64,000 nt of DNA from Camelus dromedarius (taxonomy: Eukaryota): positions 99,388,001 through 99,452,000 of the forward strand of contig NC_087436.1 of NCBI RefSeq assembly GCF_036321535.1. The letters run 5' to 3'. Positions within the stretch are counted from its first letter, which is position 1. Each line of letters opens with the position of its first letter. Below are positions 11,633 through 24,439 of the stretch, in pieces. The notes beneath the pieces were generated by a model that was given only the letters and a program-made list of their open reading frames with translations, was not told where the DNA came from and searched no databases. Made by a program: the position numbers and the translations under genes.

Positions 11633-11888
11633 AAACAAACTTATGATTACCAAAGCGGAAAGGTGGGGAGGGATAAATTAGGAATTTGGGATACACACTT
11701 CTATATATAAAATAGATAAAAAGCAAGGACCTACTGTATGACACATGGAACTATATTCAGTACCTTATAATAACCTATAATGGAAAAGAATCTGGAAAGT
11801 AATATATATGTATAACTGAATCACTTTGCTGTATACCTGAAACATTGTAAATCAACTATACTTCAATTTTTAAAAAAAGTTTAAAAAA
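11633..11888 (+). mobile_element. L1 3' end (artiodactyl L1_Art-like)
   Basis: ttaccaaagcggaaaggtggggagggataaattagg...aaggacctactgtat...ctgaatcactttgctgtatacctgaaac...gtaaatcaactatacttcaat plus A tail. Confidence 0.85.
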
Positions 11889-11918
11889 GAGACATTACAA
11901 AACAGTTTTTAAAACTGA

Positions 11919-12146
11919 TTGGGATTTCAAAACTGTAGAATAGATAAACAAGATCATACTGTATAGCACAGGGAAATATATACAAGATATTATGGTAGCT
12001 CACAGAGAAAAAAATGTGTGACAATGAATATATATATGTTCATGTATAACTGAAAAAGTGTGCTTTTCACTGGAATTTGACACAACACTGTAAAATGATT
12101 ATAACTCAATAAAAATGTTAAAAAAATTAAGCATAGAGGAGAAAAA
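11919..12146 (+). mobile_element. Young camelid-type L1 3' end, 5'-truncated, with TSD
   Basis: gtagaatagataaacaagatcatactgtatagcacagggaaatat...gattataactcaataaaaatgttaaaaaaa; TSD aaaactga 11911-11918 and 12147-12154 at a TT/AAAA site. Confidence 0.85.
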
Positions 12147-12874
12147 AAAACTGAATAGAAATATTATTGGACTAACTGAACTAGGAAAGTTAGTACCTGG
12201 TCTTAGTATAACCAATATGACATTTATTTGTTGTTTGTTAGTTTTTTTCTACTTTTCAGATGCTGCTTTCTTGCTGTGACAATGTTAAACCCAAGAACAG
12301 TGGCTTACTTATTTGACATCTCCACAATGCCTTGTGTAATGCTTTTCTGATAAGAATTGCTAACCAAATGAAATCTATGTAAAATTGAGACTGTGGTGTG
12401 CTCTTTACCCTACTACCATATAGATCACTACCTTATCTCTCTTTAAATCCTAATCAATTTACTGAGGCTCATGTCTATAGTTACCATAGTAAGTACAAAA
12501 TAAAATCATATTGAAAGAAATATAAAACCTAATTTAAGCTTTTAGATTTCTCATCCAGATAAACGGAAACAATAAATGTATGTTTTTTTAAGTTTGAGAG
12601 TAATGTGTTATGCACCAGTATGTACCTAATGCAAATATGCATCAAAATTATTCATTTACTTATTCAAAAATATATTAATTGTACAAGTTCCTATGACAGC
12701 CTATCAAAAAATAGTCAAGGGGTAACAAAATGTAAGATGTAGCTATTGACCTGTTGACATCGCATACTCTAATAGGCAGGTAACACGTATGAGCAGATAT
12801 GTTGTAATAAGTTATAGAGTGATATTTCTTAAAATATTTTAAAATTCAGGGCTATGAGAACATAAAGGAGATGA

Positions 12875-13336
12875 TGTTGATGTTGAACTGTATACCCTCT
12901 TCCCCCTCAGAAAAGATATATTCTAACCCCCACTACCTCCGAATGTGATCTTATTAACACATAACTTTGTTGCAAATGTAATGAGTTAAGCTGAGATGAG
13001 GTCATATTAGAGTAGGGTGGGCTCCTAATCCAGTATGATTGATGTCCTTTTAAGAAGATAGCCATGTGAGAACAGACGCACACAGAATGCAGTGTGATGA
13101 CAGAGATACAGACTGGAGTTATGCAGTTACAGCCAAGGGTTGTCAAGGATCGATGGAAAACCAGCAGAAGCTAGGAAGAGGCAAGCAAGGAGGCCCTGTG
13201 GGTTTCAGGTCCATGGCTCTGCTGACACCTTGATTTCAAACTTACAGCTTTCAAAACTATGAGACAATAAGTTTCTGTTGTCATTAGCCATCTAGTTTTT
13301 GGTAATTTGTTACCGCAGTTACAGGAAACTAATACA
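12875..13336 (+). mobile_element. MaLR solo LTR (MLT1B/C-like)
   Basis: ctaacccccactacctccgaatgtgatctt...gatgaggtcatattagagtagggtggg...ctgctgacaccttgatttc...ggaaactaataca. Confidence 0.85.
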
Positions 13337-13339
13337 CAA

Positions 13340-13770
13340 GGCTTTGGATTCAGACCACCAGGGTTTTAATCCTGGCTTCACATACTAATCTCAAGATCTT
13401 GGGCAAGTTATTGAAACTCACCTAGTTTGTGATGCTTTGTTGTGGCCGCCCTAGGAGAATAATACAGAGAGGGAGATTTTTCCTTGCGTCTCATTGAGAT
13501 TTCACATCCCCATTTCAGGAGCACAGGACTCAAAGCATTGATACACTTCATGGAGATTCCAGAATCAGCCCAGGAATCCCAGTTCCAAAGGCTACATGTT
13601 GTACGTTTTGAGGCATGTGACTAAATTTCTTTTTGCCTCAGTTTTCACATCTCTAGAATAAACATTAAGATTTTATAATTCAGAGTTTTATCACAGGATT
13701 AATTGAGATAATGCAGATGAAGTTTTAGAAACGGTGCTGTATGCATTGTGAGTGCTCAATAGAAGTTAAA
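13340..13770 (+). mobile_element. MIR fragments (13340-13420, 13590-13770) with a short MLT1 3' end between
   Basis: ggctttggattcagac..gggttttaatcctggct..cttgggcaagtta; gcctcagttttcacatct..ggattaattgagataatgca..gtgagtgctcaata. Confidence 0.6.
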
Positions 13771-15109
13771 TGCAAATATTCTCCTTGGAACTAAACGGTC
13801 TCATCACACATAGATTTGGCCGTAGCTGAGAAAGCAGAAGAGACTTGTTTTCCACTGATATTTAAGTATGGGTGGCCTAGCTGGTCTCTTGACACTAGGC
13901 CACTTCAGAGTTTCTTGTGTTACACGCATTGGAGATGATGGTTGAGTGAGTTAAATTCCTATGGAATTATGGTTTCTTTCCTAGAAGCCTCTTTTGCAGC
14001 AGCAGTTAAATCTTCTAAATGTCTAGGGCACAGTGAAGAAGGCAGCTGTGCCATAGAGTGTTATCTTTTCCTAAGATCACTCTGCTTATAGTGTGTCCCA
14101 TTCATCTCAGTTGATTAGCCAATCCTGCCTCTGAAGGATGGAAATGGCTCAAAAATAATACTAGCACTCTTTAGGACACCTAATGTGACATCCTGCTGGC
14201 TGTGTAGCTAGGGCAAATAGGAGAGGGCCAGGAAGAGAGGGCAGACAAAAATACTTTACTCCCCAGACACAGTGAGTTACAGCTTCAAAAGGAGGAAAGG
14301 AGTTGAGCAGTGTTAGGAAAACAACAGTGGCTGTCAGACCCACTTTGCCTGAAGGCAGGAGATTTTTTGATCACAAAAAACAAGGCTGAAGTGAGCCTGT
14401 AATAGAGAGCCCCCGACTATGCTAGTTTGGGGAAATAGTTGCCGCCTCTGAAAACTAAAGTCTTGGGTAAATGCCATGTGGGAAGGATTATAACCAAAAG
14501 GACTGCTTTACAGCCCACAGCTGACTCTCCAATCACAGTCACCATGGGAAATGTATCCTGAGGCAAATATTACCTAAAATCTCTGCCTGTGACCTGGATA
14601 AAGAACTTAGTCTATACCCATTCCATTTATAGATGAAACAAGTAGTGTGGATTTCTTTACAAGATCAGATTTTTTTTAAGAGTACAATTTGATATCAATA
14701 TTTTTTTCCACAAAAAAAAGGGGAAAAGAGCAAAACAATACCCTTACAGAAAGTTTAAAAGATGCAAAATGGAATAAGGAACAACTGATTAAGTACACAC
14801 ACAACTAGCTGAGAGTCTCAGGAATGACAGTGGGTAAATCTGCATTGACATGCTGGTATACTATTTAATGGTGTAATAAAATTCTTCATTTAGACATTCT
14901 AAAGTATCATTAAACTGCTAATATTTTATTTCAATTCTTGTTTTGGTATTTCCTGAAAGCTATTTCATTATTGTTTCTGTGGCTATTGTCTTCAGCGATT
15001 TGGATTTTTGCCAGTCTGCCACTGCCAGTCCCTTTACTTTTTCATGTATAGAAATTGTAGAGAAACTGAAAGAATTTGAGCTACATACATACTAACCATA
15101 GAACAGAAT

Positions 15110-15625
15110 TCAGGACTTTTAAAATTTTAAGTACATTTCTTATTGCCATATAGCATGCATGAAGAAATATGTACCTTTAAATGAATTTTCACAAAGTAAC
15201 TAGCATCCAGACGGAGCACTGGAACATTGCCACACCCCACGAAGTGTCTGCATCCTGCTCCCAGACACGGCTTCTCCCTAGATAGCCACTCTCCATACTT
15301 CTAACACTGTAGGTAACCTTGTCCTCTCTTCCTACTTTAAGTAAATGGAATCATACTGTGTGCATCTTTTTGTGGCTACCTTTTTCAGTTCAATAGTATG
15401 TTTGTAAAATTAATCAATACTAGTGGGCATGGCGATAGTTGTTTATTCTCATGGCTATATAGTTCATCATTATTTGAATATACCACTATTTAGTTATTGT
15501 ACTACTATTGAAAAAAATTTGGATTATATCCATTTTGGATACTATACCTGGTATAATTTTAACAATTTGCATATGACTTTTGGTAAAACTGTATAGACAC
15601 TTCCATTTAGTATATACCAAAAGGA
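15110..15625 (-). mobile_element. Ancient L1ME-like 3' fragment
   Basis: gtaaatggaatcatactgtgtgcatctttttgtggctac...ttcaatagtatgtttgt...ttcatcattatttgaatataccac antisense L1 3'UTR. Confidence 0.7.
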
Positions 15626-16049
15626 CAATAATTATTCTTACATCATTTTATGTATATATTCAGTCTTAGTAATAAAAAATATGTATTTTGACTTAGTTCT
15701 CTGATATAAACAAATATCCTTATGATACTGTAAAAATAATAAACAGAAACCTCCAATAGAGTAGGGAAGCCAGACAGGGGAGATCTCACAGCCATGGCAA
15801 TAGCAGAGCCCAACAGGAACAGTACTCCTCTTCTGTTTTCTAGTATGACATCAATTATAGGTTTCCATATTTTAAAGGAACATGGGAAAATACAAGAAAT
15901 CATAAGGAAAAAATAATGAGAACGGGGTAAAAAAAAGAGGACTCAACAATTAAGGAATAATTTATTTTTTCAAAAAAAGTTAATCATTAATTTTTAAAGT
16001 GTTAGGAAATAACCTGTTTTGTCAATAAAATGTAGCTTTCTATCTTTTG

Positions 16050-16155
16050 AATTTTTTATTGTGGTAAAATACACATAACATAAAAGTTATTTTTAAGTGT
16101 ACAATTTAGTGGCATTAAACACATTCACATTATTGTGGAACTGTCACTACTATCA
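16050..16155 (-). mobile_element. L1MB-like 3' terminal fragment
   Basis: ttttattgtggtaaaatacacataacataaaa...aagtgtacaatttagtggcattaaacacattcacattattgtg. Confidence 0.75.
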
Positions 16156-16969
16156 CGCTTACTTAGAGAAAAATAAATCTTGGGAAACAACACTGGACTT
16201 AAATCCAAAAAAGCTTTCTAATAAATTGTGTTCTGTAACTTAAAAATTTTATCTTATTTAATGCTAGAAGATGGTCATTGACTATACAAGATATTTTTAA
16301 TTGAATGGATAAAGTTATTTTTTTAAGTACCATTACCAAAAGCTGAGGTCTTTGATTAGATTATTTTAATATAAAGAAAATTCTGTAATAATGTAAATTC
16401 CTCTGTCATTTCTAAGTGCTTGTAGGTATCATCTTTCCTATCATCTTTAAAACTTGTTTTAATTATCTATTTTCTATTAATTTTTGAAAGAATATTTTGG
16501 CATATAACCTTACTTTAAACAGTCATTGTTGTCAGTAAAATGATTAAGAAAGTTAGGAAAGCAATTCCCCATTGCCATTATATTGGTTTTAATTGCTCAT
16601 TTATTCTGTCAATATTGTAAGTAGAGTTAACATCATCATTTGCTTAATCAATTACTGCAACTTATTCTTAATTTTTGTTCTGTCCATTTCTCAAATTACT
16701 ATTAGTGCTAGGAACTAGCATTTAATAGTTTCTAAAAGCAGAGAAAAAGCCATTTTTACTTTTAAGAAATTTTATTATGTCTCATTTTGTTTGTCTTGAA
16801 TACTTAAAAGTTTACCTAGACTTGAAAACTGAAAGAAGAATTGAGAGAATTGGATAAATATTTTTTTAAACATACACACATACACACAAAATTAGGAGTG
16901 AAATTAATATACCTCATGGGTTGTTGAGGGGTGAGGGTGAGTGATAAATATCTCGAGCATTTCTAACCA

Positions 16970-17150
16970 TCACAGTTTATAGCCATTCAAAAATCTCTAC
17001 AGCAATCCTATAAACTGGATATTCTCATCTTTATTTTTTGGGTGCAGAAACAAAGGCTCAGAGAATTAAAAGTGAATTGCCAGTACCCTTTGGTTGTGAA
17101 AGGGACAGCTAATATTTAATCCATTTATCTGATTATGTAGTCCATTCTCT
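16970..17150 (-). mobile_element. MIR SINE
   Basis: aatctctacagcaatcctataaa..attctcatctttatt..gaaacaaaggctcagagaattaa. Confidence 0.55.
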
Positions 17151-20100
17151 TTGTAAACAAACAAAAAAAAAAATCTGTGAAATAGAGCAGAATAACGAAG
17201 TAAAATTATGTGAAAAGGAGAGCTTGTTCAGTTGTATAATTCATAGTGTATGTAAGAAAACAGATAAGCTGGTTATGTGTGCCAGCACACATATCTTGCT
17301 ATATGTAACAATATGCTTTATTAGCATTTTATTGTAGATAATTGTTTTGTGCTTTGTTCTGTTTTTGTTTTTTTTTTTTTTCCTTTACATAAATGCATTC
17401 ATCAGTTGCAATTGGATAAAAACACAATTTCTTGTCTGTTCTGTCACCATAAATTGTCAGGTGATTTTTCTTAAGATATGGACTCTCCTTAATTCCAGAG
17501 TGAAAGGAACAGATATTTTGTTAATCTAGCAGTTTAGACTAGGCCCACTCTGAACAAAAACCCTATGTAGGCTTTTAAGTTACAAATTTTTCAGGTACTT
17601 AGAGAGATAAGGCAAGAGTAGAAGAAGAACAGCAAATGAGTTGAAGACTGGAGGTCTTGACCCCAGAACTGGTGGATCTCTAGAGACTAGAAAAGAGGTC
17701 AGTAGAAAAATGGTGAGTGGTAGAAAGATGAACTGTGCTTGACTGTAGTACTCTGAGAGATGCGAAAAACTCTTACATGATTATCTTTTATGTATTTTTG
17801 ACTTTAGAAAAATTTTTTCAAGTCCTTTTTAAGAGTTTGACTCCCAATTTTAGTGGACCATATGGATTGAACCTTGAAAGGAGATCAATACTTACAGTAA
17901 CTGAAACCCTGGGCCCTTTTCCAGCTTTCTTCGCCATTTTAGTTCCAAGATTCTGGTACAACTGAAGTGAGGAAGAGAAAGCATTCAACATAGCTCACAT
18001 AAATTCCTTGCCAACTTTACTAAGTGAAGTCCTTTAATAGAATTTAATTTGCTGTTTTTAAAAATACATAAATATCACATTTATCACATTGTTTATACAC
18101 CCTTATAATTAAGAAGCTTAGGAACAAAACTGCACAAAATTTATTGAATATTTTACTATAAAAGCATGTAGAGTGGCAAAATTAAAAGAGCAACTACAAT
18201 GATATAAATTGATATCAATTACTTTACAAACAGATTAGCTACTTGGCATTGAAGCCTGAGAAGGCAAAAATTCTGGCAGGGATACTAGAAGGGTGACAGT
18301 TAGCCCAATGAGCCAGAGAAATGTGCTACAGATTGTATATATTCTACCCACTACCATTATGTCAAAGATAATAAGTGATGTTACTTATAAAATATGAGGT
18401 CCCATCTGCTAAAACCCTTTTGTACATGACATGTTGTCAATTTCCTGTAAGATCATTTTCTAACATAAATTTATATCCCTTTAAGGTAAGTGTGCCCTTT
18501 CCCATTTCACAGACTGAGGGAAACACTATTCAAAGAAGTTCCCACCTTTCCACTACTGTTATTAATTCAAATGTCTACTGTCGTTAGTCCAAATACTCCA
18601 TTCTACTTTAAACATGTCTGAATGCTTGTTGTATATATCCTATTGCATTCATCACTTATAGTTTGCCAGTGGAGTGTTTGACTTCTTTTTCTAGATTTTC
18701 ACTTTGTTAGTAAATGAATAGCTCCAGTTTGGTCTCTCTCCTCTGGGCACTGATTTTATCATTTACTGTAGCAGATTCAACCTGGTTAGCAATAAGAACA
18801 GCTTTCTATACAGTTAGTTCTAGTCCAATGGTAACATTTGCACAGCATAATTCTCCATGAGCTGCTTACATCCCATCAGACTTTTTTTTCCCATGTTGGC
18901 ATATGATTGAGGTAGAGCAGTATCTACTTATGGATTTTTTCTGTATAGTTACTGATTCTGAGTATTTCAGTTGTGGGTTTTTTTTTTTTTTTGTATGGTC
19001 TTACATGATTTATTATAACCTTGTAAAACATGTAAGTAATACTAATAAACTTGTAAAGGAAAGTATTTTCCCTTTGAGGATAATACTTCTCTAGATGAGT
19101 ATGTAAATAAAAATTTGAGTAAGGAAAATTATAATTTGTTCCTTGAGTGCTACTATGTATTGCCCACCTGTGTTAATGGCTAAATGCATGGCAGGATTTA
19201 CATGGTGAAATAAAGAAAGATGTGGTACATTCAGTCAAAATACTGGAGGTTGAGGTTATAATTGTGATGAATGAGGATTTTCAGGGAATCTGTATCTTTT
19301 TACCATAGAAACTGTCCTCTTTCTCTAAAAAAAAAAAAGGAAGAGAAAGACTCATCAATTATACTCATCAGTTCTATCCACCCACTGCCTTTGTAACACA
19401 ACTCAGAGTTCTCTGGTGGGTAAAGAAGAGAAAAACCCAGACAGAGGAATACCAGTAGAAGTGAACATACGCCACATGTTCTGCTTAGTGTGTCAGAAGC
19501 AAAAGGTCTTTTTTAAAATGTGTGGATTTACAGGCATAAATAAGCAGGTCTATGGAAATATCATAGGCTAACACTGAGCACTTAAAAATAAGAGCACTGA
19601 GTAAGTACAGGCATAGCTCCTAAGAATACCTTGCAATTAATATAATTGCTCTGATACAACAGAATGAAGATCAACATGGAAAGGGAGCAGCACAAGAAAC
19701 TGAAGAAATTAGGGAACCAAATAAGAAATAGATGGAGGTAGCATGCTGTGTCTGGACTATATTGAAGTGGACCCATAGGCTTAGAATTTGAACTCTACTT
19801 TTCCCCATTTTTAGAGATGAAAGATAACTATGAATAGATATAATACATTACATCTTCTAGGAATTTCTTTTCACCTTTATTCCAGCCTCCTACCTTCTTT
19901 AGAGTGCATTGATACATATCTTATACTTCACCTCAGACAAAATATGTAAATATAATCATTATCACATCTTTCTAAATGAGGGAGCATAAGGGGCACGAGG
20001 CATAAAATAAATTAAACTTTTTCTGCTAGTGTGTCCACCAGCACTGAAAAATGTAATGCCTGTATGTTTTTTTCATGTTCTTAACTAGAGAAAAAAAAGG

Positions 20101-21079
20101 TATGAGAGATTATTGCCCATTTATCTTTGGAAAGAGTCCAAGGACAGTTTTTGTTCCCTGTCTTGGAGAAAGGAGCATAACTGTAATTTTCTTAATTACG
20201 TGAGGTGCCACAAGTAAAAAGGTAGCAGCACTAGCTCAGTCCCCTGTGGGAGCATCAGCATCTGTGAGAGTTTGCACAATTCTTGAATTAGTAAGTTTCT
20301 CAACAGGGGGGAGCTATGCTTCTTATGCTATTTTGGATCTGAGAAAATGTTTCAGATTAGCCAGTGGCATTCTGAAAATGCCTTACCAATCACCTAAGCA
20401 TTGTTGTGTAATTTTAAAATGTGCTGAAAGAATGTCGACAAGGTAGATTTTAGAAAAGTAGATTTGACAATGGAATTCAAATTAGAGGAGTTTAACCCCC
20501 CTTTTTTGCTCACTGTACCACAGTTTTTATAAATGTTCTTAAAAGGAGATATGTAGTTAACTCCATATATAACATTTGAAAATACACTGTGGGGGTTGCA
20601 GGTACTTTTTTAAATAACTTTTTAATAATAATAAGGAGAGAAAGATATATTTTCTTTTCTGTTCTCTTATAAAATGATTCGTCTGTTACCATGTAGAGCT
20701 TTAAACTACAAGATAAAGGCACAGAAACTTGGATAAGCCTATATTCGGTTCAAAAGAAAAAAAAAAGAAGAAGAAAGAAACAAAGAGGCAGTTAAGCATT
20801 TATCTTTCCATTCATTGTCAAACTGCAGCACATGCAAAATTCTACTTTAAACTTTAAGTAATACTCAGAGAAAAAAGTATGTATGTTTTATATATATATA
20901 CATATGTGTGTATTTTGGTTTGCTATATGTTGTTTTGTGAAGTACAAGAATGTTGAACATGCTTACAGATTTGGGAAGGTGACACTAGAAAGGGAATGAT
21001 TGAAAATTATGGAAAGTTAGGTGAAAACTGAAGAGCCACGTGCTCTGAGGAGGCGGAGAGGAAAGGTACATCAGTTAAA

Positions 21080-21475
21080 GTTGTTTTTTGATGCAGAAAA
21101 TAGAAAACATGTTTATTGTGGGTTAAACAAATAGGGATTTATTTTTCTTAATGTAACAAGAATTCTTGAAAGTCCTTCCCACATGACAAGAAAATGGCTG
21201 CTGAATCTCCAGCCATCATATTGACATTGAAGGCAGGAAGGAGACAGCCACATCTGAACTCCTGCCCTCTTCTTCAGGGAATGCAATAACTTTCCCAGAG
21301 ACTTCTCCAGCTTCAAAGGAAGTGACATTAATCAGAAGTGGTCCTGTGTATGGACACCATTCATGAGGGTTAAAAATGGTGGGAAGGGGCATTTGTGAAA
21401 ATTGGCTTTGGACAGTCATGATTATTGTCCTGGCCTTGCCACAAAATCAAGGTTATGTTAGCAAGAAAGAAGGAA
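21080..21475 (-). mobile_element. Old MaLR LTR (MLT1K/L-like)
   Basis: ggttaaacaaatagggatttatttttc..caagaaaatggctgctgaatctccagccatcatattgacatt..aaaatcaaggttatgttagcaagaaagaagg. Confidence 0.55.
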
Positions 21476-21995
21476 GGGAGAATAAGGAATAAAAAAATCA
21501 CCGAATCCTAATTGAATGATGTAAGTTTGAGGAAATGTGGAAATGATAGACTGGAACAACTGATGAAAACCTTTTCCATGCAGAGAGGAAATAAGGAGAA
21601 ATATTAGGTGTAAAATTTGATCTATTTATCAGTGAAGACATAGGTTTTGAGATAATACATATCTTTTATCTTCATTTTTTTTCAAAAGTATAAGGGAGTG
21701 ACAATGATTTGAAAGATACAGAAAAAGAACAATCAGGAGAAAAGAAGGATATATTGTGTTTGGGAGAAATATACACAACTTAATTCTTAATGTTAGCATG
21801 AAATCAGTCAGAGGCATTAGATTTTCTTCAGTAGTTGCACATCTGGGTTTACAAATTTTTGTCTCTCCTCCAGTTCTACAATATCCTCTCAACACATGTG
21901 AAAGAACATAGGATTTCTTAAGTTTATAAAGATTTCCAACATTTTTTTTGAAGATGATATGCTATTGATTTTCTGCAAATGTTATAATTTTAGGA

Positions 21996-22252
21996 CACAG
22001 TTTCTCAACCTCGGCAGTACTGATATTTTGGTCAGATAATCCTTTGTTGTTGGAGGAGTCCTGTGCATTAGAGAAAGTTTAGCACCATCTTGGTCCTCTA
22101 GCAGCATCTCTGGCTTCTACCCACAGGGTGCCGGGAGCAATTCCATCCCTCTCGCTCCCCCTCTACCTGTCCCAGCTGTGACGACCAAAAATATCTCCAG
22201 ATATTGCCAAATGTCCTCTGAAGAACAAAAATGCCTTAGGTTGAGACCACTG
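21996..22252. mobile_element. hAT-Charlie MER20
   Basis: ca(c)agtttctcaacctcggcagtactgatattttggtcagataatcctttgttg...tgacgaccaaaaatatctccagatattgccaaatgtcc...ggttgagaccactg. Confidence 0.85.
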
Positions 22253-22261
22253 TTCTAATAT

Positions 22262-22408
22262 ATTCTGGACCATTAACAAAGGAATCATCTGGATGCTTGA
22301 CATAACTGGAGACTCTGGGGCTCTGCTGTGATTCCCTGCTTTGGGATATGAATTTTTAACGAGATCCCCAAGGAATTTATCTGCACACTGAAGACTTTGA
22401 TGCACTGA
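22262..22408. mobile_element. hAT-Charlie MER5-like fragment
   Basis: ggaatcatctggatgcttg...aatttttaacgagatccccaagg...tgcacactgaagactttgatgcactg. Confidence 0.5.
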
Positions 22409-22799
22409 TCTATAACATGACAATAGACCTTTAACTTCTCCTCTCTCAACCAGACTCCAGCATCTCTGGTTCATTTGACAGAATGCTGCCAGCGTAATCC
22501 ACTAGTAACTCCTTGTTGCTCCTTATTACCTACAGAATAAAAATGAAACTGTTTCCTCTACCTGTCTTTTGAGACTTTCCATGGTCAAGATCCCAAATAA
22601 GCTTTTAATATAATTTCATAGATACCTCGTTCAAAAATTTGACATTCCAGTAAAATTCTATGTACTAATGCCTTGCATATTCTGGAACTTTCTATTGAAA
22701 TAGTATCCAAAATTGAAAGCAACCTAACAGAAGTCCAGCCTTTTCCACAAAACCTTCCATTTGCTTCATGCTTAAACTCTTCTTCCTATATTCCGTATG

Positions 22800-23030
22800 T
22801 ATGTGGTAGATGATAAAACTGAGTATTGAAGGCAAATAGACCAGGATAATATGTGCCACTTAATATGGGGTTTTTGGCAAGGTAATTAATAAGCTTCTCT
22901 AAGCCTCAGTTGCCACATTTATAAGTTGGGTTTACTATGAGTACATTCACTGAGAGTTGTTTTGACAATTAAATGAGATAATGCATACAAGGAGGGATTG
23001 GCACGTAGAAAGCATAGAGCAAATAACAGT
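22800..23030 (+). mobile_element. MIR SINE
   Basis: ttggcaaggtaatt..ttctctaagcctcagttgccacatttataag..gttgttttgacaattaaatgagataatgcat. Confidence 0.7.
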
Positions 23031-24439
23031 CGTTGCCATTATTAATGATAATGATAAAAATAATAAAATAATTCATACACTATTAAAAAGTAAACAACAC
23101 AAATATGTAAAGTAAAAAGTAATTGTTTTTATATTGTCCCAATGTTCCATTCAACAGCAAAAACCACTATTAAATATTAACATTAACTACCACTTACATA
23201 TTAATGTAGAAGTGTCTAATTCATTTTTGTATCTCCGCACATTATTTATACTAGTATTTCTGGCAAGCAGGGTAAGCTATTAAGAAATGAATGAATTTAA
23301 ATACATGTCTTAATTTTACTACCATGTAATTAGAGCCTGGAAGTCAGAATTTATGTCTCATTGCTTTCTATTTCTCCACAGCAACAAAAACAGTGCCTGA
23401 GCATAGTAGAAGCTCAATAAATATCTGTTAACTACACATGTGATTGACTAATTGGTAAACTGTGGAGAAATATTTGAATTAATGGAAGTGCTCAAAACCC
23501 AGAGGGAAACTCCATCCTGGAAAAATCAGACTATTTATGTTTATTTCTCACTCTCTACTCCTTCCAATGATGAGAAAAACGTTTTTACTACAACTAGGTA
23601 GTTTATGTTACAAACTTGACAAAATATTTTTCTTTAGCCATCTGCTTTCCCATTTACCACAAATGGAAACTTAATATTCTAGCATAAACAGTCATCTTGA
23701 AGAGAACTATTTGCATCCCCAAATGCTCTTCTCCTGTTACAGATTCCAAGTAAATCACCTTCCTCTCAAAGATGCACATGCTATAGGTAATATGTCCTGA
23801 TTATTTTCATCACCAAGAATCACTTTGCTATTTGCCAGACGATAGGATACTATTTAACTTTTCCCAGTTGGAAATATCAGTCAGCACTTGCTTTTGCATT
23901 ATGTGAAAATACATGACTTTTTATTAAAGATATAATTCTGAGGTCTGCTTCAAAGTGCATTATCATTTTCATTTTGTAAAAGCTAACTTCATGGTTGTTC
24001 TCAAGAATCATTGATGGAACCTTTTAGATGCTATGGAATCATTGTTCTAAAGAATTGCTGATGGAACATTTTAGGATGCTTTTAAGATGTTAAAAAATGT
24101 TCATAATTATTCTATTTATCTCAGAAAATAAGCTACTTCGTTTAGTTGTGTTTAGCACCTGTATTCAGAGCATTATATTCTTTCTGGGCATTAAATAAAT
24201 TATATTTGTAGAGATATGAAGAGTTTTAGCCTCATCAGAACGGATGATTTCCATGGAAAATATGCTGCAACTCTTTGGTTTCGTCTTTAAAACAAAGACC
24301 AGTTGTGTCAGAAAAAGATAAAACAGAAGCATTTTCTTCTTCCTCTTTTCCCCATGTCAATTCCAAAACGAATTCTGCCAATTGTAATGTTTTTTGTTTT
24401 TAACTTTTCCTTAAACTCTGCATATTTGCCTATTTTCCT

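Noticed and set aside
14180..14620. Possible ancient Gypsy-like LTR (GC-richer block starting tgtgacatcc)
   Set aside because: No termini, TSD or family motif that I could confirm.
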